A program made the translations under genes and the position numbers. A DNA stretch of 14,357 bases from Zygophlyctis sp. KS116 (Eukaryota; Fungi; Chytridiomycota): assembly GCA_054661495.1 (NCBI GenBank), contig BAAFSQ010000252.1:1-14357 (forward strand). The letters run 5' to 3'. How positions within the stretch are numbered: the stretch's first letter is position 1; each line of letters opens with the position of its first letter. Of the stretch, positions 9,853-14,357 are shown piece after piece. Under the pieces are notes generated by a model. It saw only the letters and a list, made by a program, of their open reading frames with translations. It was not told the origin of the DNA and did no database searches.

Positions 9853-11311
9853 CTAATGATTCATTTCATGAGAGTAGCCACTAGCAATTCCTGATCTTCC
9901 CTTTACAATTTCACTAGGAGTACAAGGATCAGTCTCACTCTCTAGTCCCTGAAATGAACGTTCTTTAAATGCTTCAAAGGATGATAATTCTCCAGTGAGG
10001 CGTGACATTTGAGTGTTTTGAGTAATAAGATCTGAGCCTCCAGTATAGTCATTAACAGACCTTCTAGATTTAAAAGTTCCGGATGATAATGAAAAATAAG
10101 GTTCATCAATCGTTTTAATTTCTGTTTTTGATATTTGGTTAGATACTGAAGTTAAATTCAAATCATACAGTCCTGTCCATTCTAAATCTCCAAAGGCTAA
10201 CAAGGCTTCAAAGGGTGTTATAATAGGCCTTAAAAATTCTTTAGAGTCTAATAAAGAATTTTCAGGGCATGCAACAAGTATAAAAACATCAATATCTAAA
10301 AAATTTCCTAATTTTGCTGGATTTGGTTTTCCAATTGAAAAAATATATACTCTTTTTCCTACTTTTGTAATTAAATCACTTAGATTTTGAATTACTTCCA
10401 AGTATGATTCTAGACTTTTAATACTATTAAAGAAAAAAGATTCAGAATTTTACTAATCCGTCATCGAAATAATTTCTAGGACGGCTCTTCCTAATGCAGT
10501 AATTTTCATCATAATCTCAAAATTTAAACTTACCTATTCCTAAAGTACCAACAACTATTCCTATTCTTTCAGCATCTTTAGCCTTTTGAACCAAGTAGTA
10601 TCTCTTTGAAATTAATTTACTTGCAGAATTTAGAGAAATTTGTTCCTTTTCAGGATCATAAATAGAAAATCCCTTTGCCTCTAAAGTAGACAATTGAATA
10701 TTAAGACTAGAAAGTGATTCTTGTCCAATATAAAGAATATGCAAGTCTGATATAGGTGTATTAAAACTTCTTTGACCAATTTTTCCTTTTTGAGAATTTA
10801 CATCATTGACATTTAGTAAACATTTTTTGGTTTCTTGGCTATACACTCCCTCCAACTCTGACCATACTATCCAATCCACATCTTCTTTATCCAAGAATCC
10901 CTTGAGATCATTCATCAAATGATGATATTTCACATCCCAAAACAATAAAATTTTAGAGTTTATAGACTTTATCTGATTCAAAAAGACTGAAAAGTTGATT
11001 TTCTCCCTTGGAAAAACATAAAATACATCAATACTCTTGATAAATGACATGCATGCATGCCCATAATGTACAATCAGTTGTGCATCAACATGCTGAGCAG
11101 CAATTTCATCAATGCAGCAACTGCTAAATGTAGTATCTGCTAAAACATAAATATTTCTTCCAGTCTCATTTCTTAATGTAGTAGAAATCAAACAAGAATA
11201 TTTTAATAATTCATCTGGGAATTGCAGAGCTATTCTATCATAATTCATTTTTAAAATATAAGCGATAGTGTCTGAAACATTGAATTCATAATCTAGATCA
11301 GAGACCGCCAT
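9853..11311 (-). CDS. DPH2: Diphthamide biosynthesis protein 2 (444 aa; intron 10410-10533)
   Basis: Motifs RIALQFPDELL, YVLADTTFSSCCIDEIAAQHVDAQLIVHYGHAC, IGIVVGTLGI|ESYLEVI, GKPNPAKLGNF..IDVFILVACPENSL..PIITPFEA, RSFQGLE and GRSGIASGY. Confidence 0.95.
10438..10517 (-). ncRNA. Intronic box C/D snoRNA, U49/SNORD49-like (LSU rRNA 2'-O-methylation guide)
   Basis: On the minus strand: AGAT-T-ATGATGA (box C, 10506-10512), then guide TAGGAAGAGCCG (10482-10493), T-CCTA (D'-like), GATGACG (C'-like), and CTGA (box D, 10442-10445)-ATCT. AGAT/ATCT forms the terminal stem. The guide is the exact complement of the conserved LSU rRNA sequence CGGCUCUUCCUA. Confidence 0.88.
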
Positions 11312-11361
11312 TCAATTTTTTTTTCTTCTCCAACCCCAGTCCAAAAAACTCTTTTGATAAG

Positions 11362-11715
11362 TTAGATCTGACTAGTAGAAATTTTTGCTTCTTCACTCTT
11401 GAGTTGAGAAGCAACTTCTGGTGAGTAATCTACAGTAAAGTCTGGGATAGAGAGACCAACCCTATTGGCAGTTTTTTTAATCTTTTCTTGTTCAGTCATA
11501 GACTCTTCAGGCCAGTACAAAGACATGAGTCTATTATATTCTCCTGCGCCTTGTAAATACATGAGGATATTTTCAGCATCATAAGAGTCTAAATTCTTTG
11601 GATTTTCCTTGTAATTCTGTAAAAGTGTAGATCGCCAGATTTGGTTTCCATTTTTAGTTTCATACTGGTGTACTACTTGACGCAGAATAGATTTATAAAT
11701 CTTGGTTTTTGACAT
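11362..11715 (-). CDS. FMC1: Mitochondrial ATP synthase assembly factor FMC1 (LYR family)
   Basis: N-terminal LYR-like IYKSILRQ, central YLQ...YNRLMSLYWP, and C-terminal MTEQEKIKKTANRVGLSIP, as typical of FMC1. Confidence 0.82.
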   Translation of the reverse strand: MSKTKIYKSILRQVVHQYETKNGNQIWRSTLLQNYKENPKNLDSYDAENILMYLQGAGEYNRLMSLYWPEESMTEQEKIKKTANRVGLSIPDFTVDYSPEVASQLKSEEAKISTSQI

Positions 11716-13149
11716 TAAGAATTAAAAGAGAATTTCCTACACACGCCACAACCCAGACTCCCACCCGACGCAAAAGTGAGTCTTGTTTCATTAGTGTCTG
11801 ACTGGTAAGGATTTTAGAATCCCAAATTATAAAATCATGTATTTTATAATCACATTCATATACTACTGAATTCTCTAAATCTCTGACTTGACCTATATTA
11901 TTATCAAACGAGGCTATATAAAACTGTGAACCTTTTCGGTAGAATTTTGTGAAATTCAAATCAAAAGTCTGCAAACAGTTTCCTTGATTGTTGAAAATCT
12001 TTACAGAATCAGAATATCCAACAATTAAATTTCCTGTAAATATTTCTACTTGATCGACTTTTGGATTCCCTTGTAAATTATTTCCAAAACTACAAATTGA
12101 AAATCCCTAAGTCTTAAACTAGATTTAAATTTACAAATTTCAAATCAAACATCTCTACAGTTCCATGACTAGTTCCCAAATATAACAAATTTACATCTTC
12201 TTCATCTTTAAATAGACAAGTAATGAGTGCGACCGGTCCCTGTATGCATTTTGAACTATCATTTATATAATCTATCTCGACGATTTCATTTAAACTATTC
12301 CAAGTCCAAATTTTATCTTGAAACATTGTTATTGGATTTTGCATTAAATTAATTATGTCACAATCCCTTATCAGAGATTGTCCATCCAAATCCCAAACTT
12401 TAATAGATCCATTAGAAGATGTTGCTATTCTTGAACCATTAGTCGCAATGTATTGTATATTATCAATGTGTGCATGAATTTGCTACTTGTTTTAGAGCTC
12501 AAATAAAATTACAGAAGCAATACTGAAATTTGTACCATTCAAAGGTTGACATTTTGAAATTAGTTTCTCTTCAAAATTTATAATTTGATTTTCCCAATAT
12601 TCCATTCTCTCTTCCAGCAAATTAACTAATTTTTAGTGTCTTAAGATTACTATTCTCTTGATAATATTTTTCATTTAGAGTACAATCTTGCAACTTTGCC
12701 AAGAGAGATTTCTTTTTACAAGTTAGACTTAATAATTGATTGTCGATTTCCTCTAGTGATTTCATGAAACTTGATTTGACGATTCTTAATTGCTGGAGCT
12801 GCTTTGAATCGGCATCTTTCTCTCTGGACATTTCAGAATAAGTTTTAGATATTCTAGACATTGTGACAATTGGATGATCCAGTAGAAAACTAGCCTCCTT
12901 TGGAAATTCTGTTGATTGGTAAAAACTTTTATCAGACTGTAGTGTCGAATCAGATTTAATGTTTTTTAGGAAATTCTGATACAATGTTTCTTCTTTGAAA
13001 TCTTGTCCGAAACTGTTATAAAAGGTGATAGAATTGGATTTTACAATGTTTTGAGGCTTCTTAAAGTCAAAGATTTTTGGTAATTCCAAACTTAGAGACT
13101 CCCACCTCCATGATAATGGCCATTCCAATCCCTTGAGAATCTCAATCAT
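11693..13149 (-). CDS. Coiled-coil + divergent WD40 protein, Mdv1/Caf4-like (457 aa; introns 12626-12650, 12483-12512, 12107-12134)
   Basis: Three ORF-track fragments join through introns of 25, 30 and 28 nt. The heptad region LQQLRIVKSSFMKSLEEIDNQLLSLTCKKKSLLAKLQD is followed by WD repeats AHIDNIQYIATNGSRIATSSNGSIKVWDL and LLYLGTSHGTVEMFDL. The WD40 call is solid. The Mdv1/Caf4 assignment is inferred from architecture. Confidence 0.7.
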
Positions 13150-13152
13150 TTT

Positions 13153-13172
13153 AACGCGAAGCAAACGCGAAG
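13153..13172. promoter_or_regulatory. Tandem AACGCGAAG direct repeat (MCB/SCB/E2F-like CGCG cores) just upstream of the WD40 gene ATG
   Basis: Sequence ttAACGCGAAGcaAACGCGAAGtcg has two CGCG cores in CpG-poor DNA, 4-23 nt from ATG 13149. Confidence 0.35.
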
Positions 13173-13330
13173 TCGCAAATCAGTCGTTGTCGCTCCTTAT
13201 GCATTAATCAACACTACTGACTATCCTTATAAATGTATTCTATCCATGCTTAAACTTAGTATCATGTATCCCACTAAATTGAAAATTTCAAAATTTCAAC
13301 AAAATAATTTTTATCATGTAAAATCTGATC

Positions 13331-13594
13331 TCTACACGCACCCGTAAAACAAAACTTCACAATCCAAGACCAACCAAAACCGTCATAAGTCTAAAAACGT
13401 CCCAAAACCAACTGCAGAAAGCTCTGGAGATTTTTATGGATCCATTCATTCTGACATGTCTTCCGATGGGTCTATGCTTTCAGGTTTGGATGGATCTTTT
13501 CCTACCGATGTTGCTGGATCTGTTTCTTGTTGACTCTGCAGGTACTCTCTCCAACGCTGGAATGATTGGATTCCTTGCATTTTTTCTTTTGTAG
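13331..13594 (+). pseudogene. Probable remnant of a GPI-anchored/secreted low-complexity protein gene
   Basis: The final segment reads VDSAGTLSNAGMIGFLAFFLL* (TAG 13592-13594), which resembles a GPI signal. A neighbouring frame gives a K/P- and S/G/D-rich linker, RHKSKNVPKPTAESSGDFYGSIHSDMSSDGSMLSGLDGSFPTDVAGSVS. No intact start or signal peptide was found. Confidence 0.4.
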
Positions 13595-13816
13595 TTAAAT
13601 ATATCCTTTTTATTCAGATCAAGCAAGTAAACCCAATTACGAAATTTCCCTTTCAGAGTCTCTTACAAGATCTTTAATCATCCAGTTATCCATAGATCGA
13701 TCAGTTTGTCTAATTAAATAGTCTAATACAGCCATCCACAGCCGCTTAATCAACATGGCGCATCAACGATATCTAAAAATAAACATGCCGCTCAATCTTC
13801 TAAAAAATTAAAAAAC

Positions 13817-14357
13817 ATGTACTCTATATTTAAGATATCAATTGCATTTGTTCTTTTAGTTGTCAATCAGGTACAATCATCTTCTGGAGCTTATGGATCG
13901 AATGATACACACCAAGGCTGTGATAAATCAAATCCTTCTTCCGTAACTTTGACTGGCAGACCTTCAAACCGCCAACGGAATCGTCCAAAACCCAATTCAC
14001 CCAAGCGGGCACACAAACCGGAAAATACCACAATTTCAAATAAGCGGAAACCAGGCACCGACGAACCCAAACCGGAAAAACCACACAAGGGGAACCCGGA
14101 TACCGACGCACCCAAACAGGAAACCCCACCCACGTCATCCAAGGGGAAACAAGAAAATGGCTCACGTAAACCGAAGAATACCCCCACTTCATCCAAGCGG
14201 AAACCAGCAGAAGAGAGCAAGTATCCTTCAATCCCCAATAAAGGAGACGAAAAGCCTACAAAAGAAAGCAATTCTTCAGGGAATTCCAATTCCAGTGGAA
14301 AAGTTGTCCTTCAATTTGGTTGGTCAGATACAGACACTTCAAAAGTCGATTCGGCCC
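13817..14357 (+). CDS. Secreted protein with signal peptide and Pro/Lys-rich repetitive linker, 3'-truncated by window edge
   Basis: The frame is open from ATG 13817 to the window end. It reads MYSIFKISIAFVLLVVNQVQS (signal peptide), then KRKPGTDEPKPEKP/KGNPDTDAPKQETP and TSSKGKQE/TSSKRKPAE repeats, then KVVLQFGWSD. It is absent from the ORF track because there is no stop in the window. Confidence 0.8.
   Translation, partial: MYSIFKISIAFVLLVVNQVQSSSGAYGSNDTHQGCDKSNPSSVTLTGRPSNRQRNRPKPNSPKRAHKPENTTISNKRKPGTDEPKPEKPHKGNPDTDAPKQETPPTSSKGKQENGSRKPKNTPTSSKRKPAEESKYPSIPNKGDEKPTKESNSSGNSNSSGKVVLQFGWSDTDTSKVDSA

Noticed and set aside
11782-11802. Possible stopless 21-nt intron gtcagacactaatgaaacaag in the WD40 gene
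   Set aside because: It is not needed for the frame, has an atypical donor and is below the observed size range. It cannot be supported without RNA data.
13446-13580. 44-aa minus-strand ORF MQGIQSFQRWREYLQ...
   Set aside because: No recognisable motif. The + strand GPI-like reading explains the region at least as well.
13863-14289. Two minus-strand ORFs (122 and 132 aa)
   Set aside because: They are antisense shadows of the repetitive + strand gene, which has a proper ATG and signal peptide.
1-14357. Prokaryotic/phage origin, alternative genetic code or programmed frameshifting as the cause of fragmented ORFs
   Set aside because: The genes are eukaryote-type (RPL15, EMC7, CSM3, FMC1), and every break in the conserved genes is cleanly resolved by a GT-AG intron under the standard code.

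Overview
This is AT-rich, very gene-dense eukaryotic DNA, most consistent with an early-diverging fungus such as a chytrid (inference from gene content). The ORF track is fragmented because most genes are split by ultra-short GT-AG introns. I rebuilt these by hand: 13 introns of 24-30 nt, plus ones of 38, 69 and 124 nt. Gene order: 3' end of a decaying DPRVDPS-type ankyrin gene (+); EMC7 (-); Swi3/Csm3/Tipin (-); a single-module NRPS-like A-T-C* gene with degenerate motifs (-); an intronless HNH_2/Crinkler-like nuclease (+); NDUFAF7 (+); RPL15 (-); DPH2 (-); FMC1 (-); an Mdv1/Caf4-like coiled-coil+WD40 gene (-); a probable GPI-protein remnant (+); and the 5' part of a secreted Pro/Lys-rich protein missed by the ORF track (+). 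The only long intron (in DPH2) hosts a box C/D snoRNA resembling U49/SNORD49. Same-strand genes are packed like an operon, with an 11-nt stop-to-ATG gap and a 23-nt CDS overlap.
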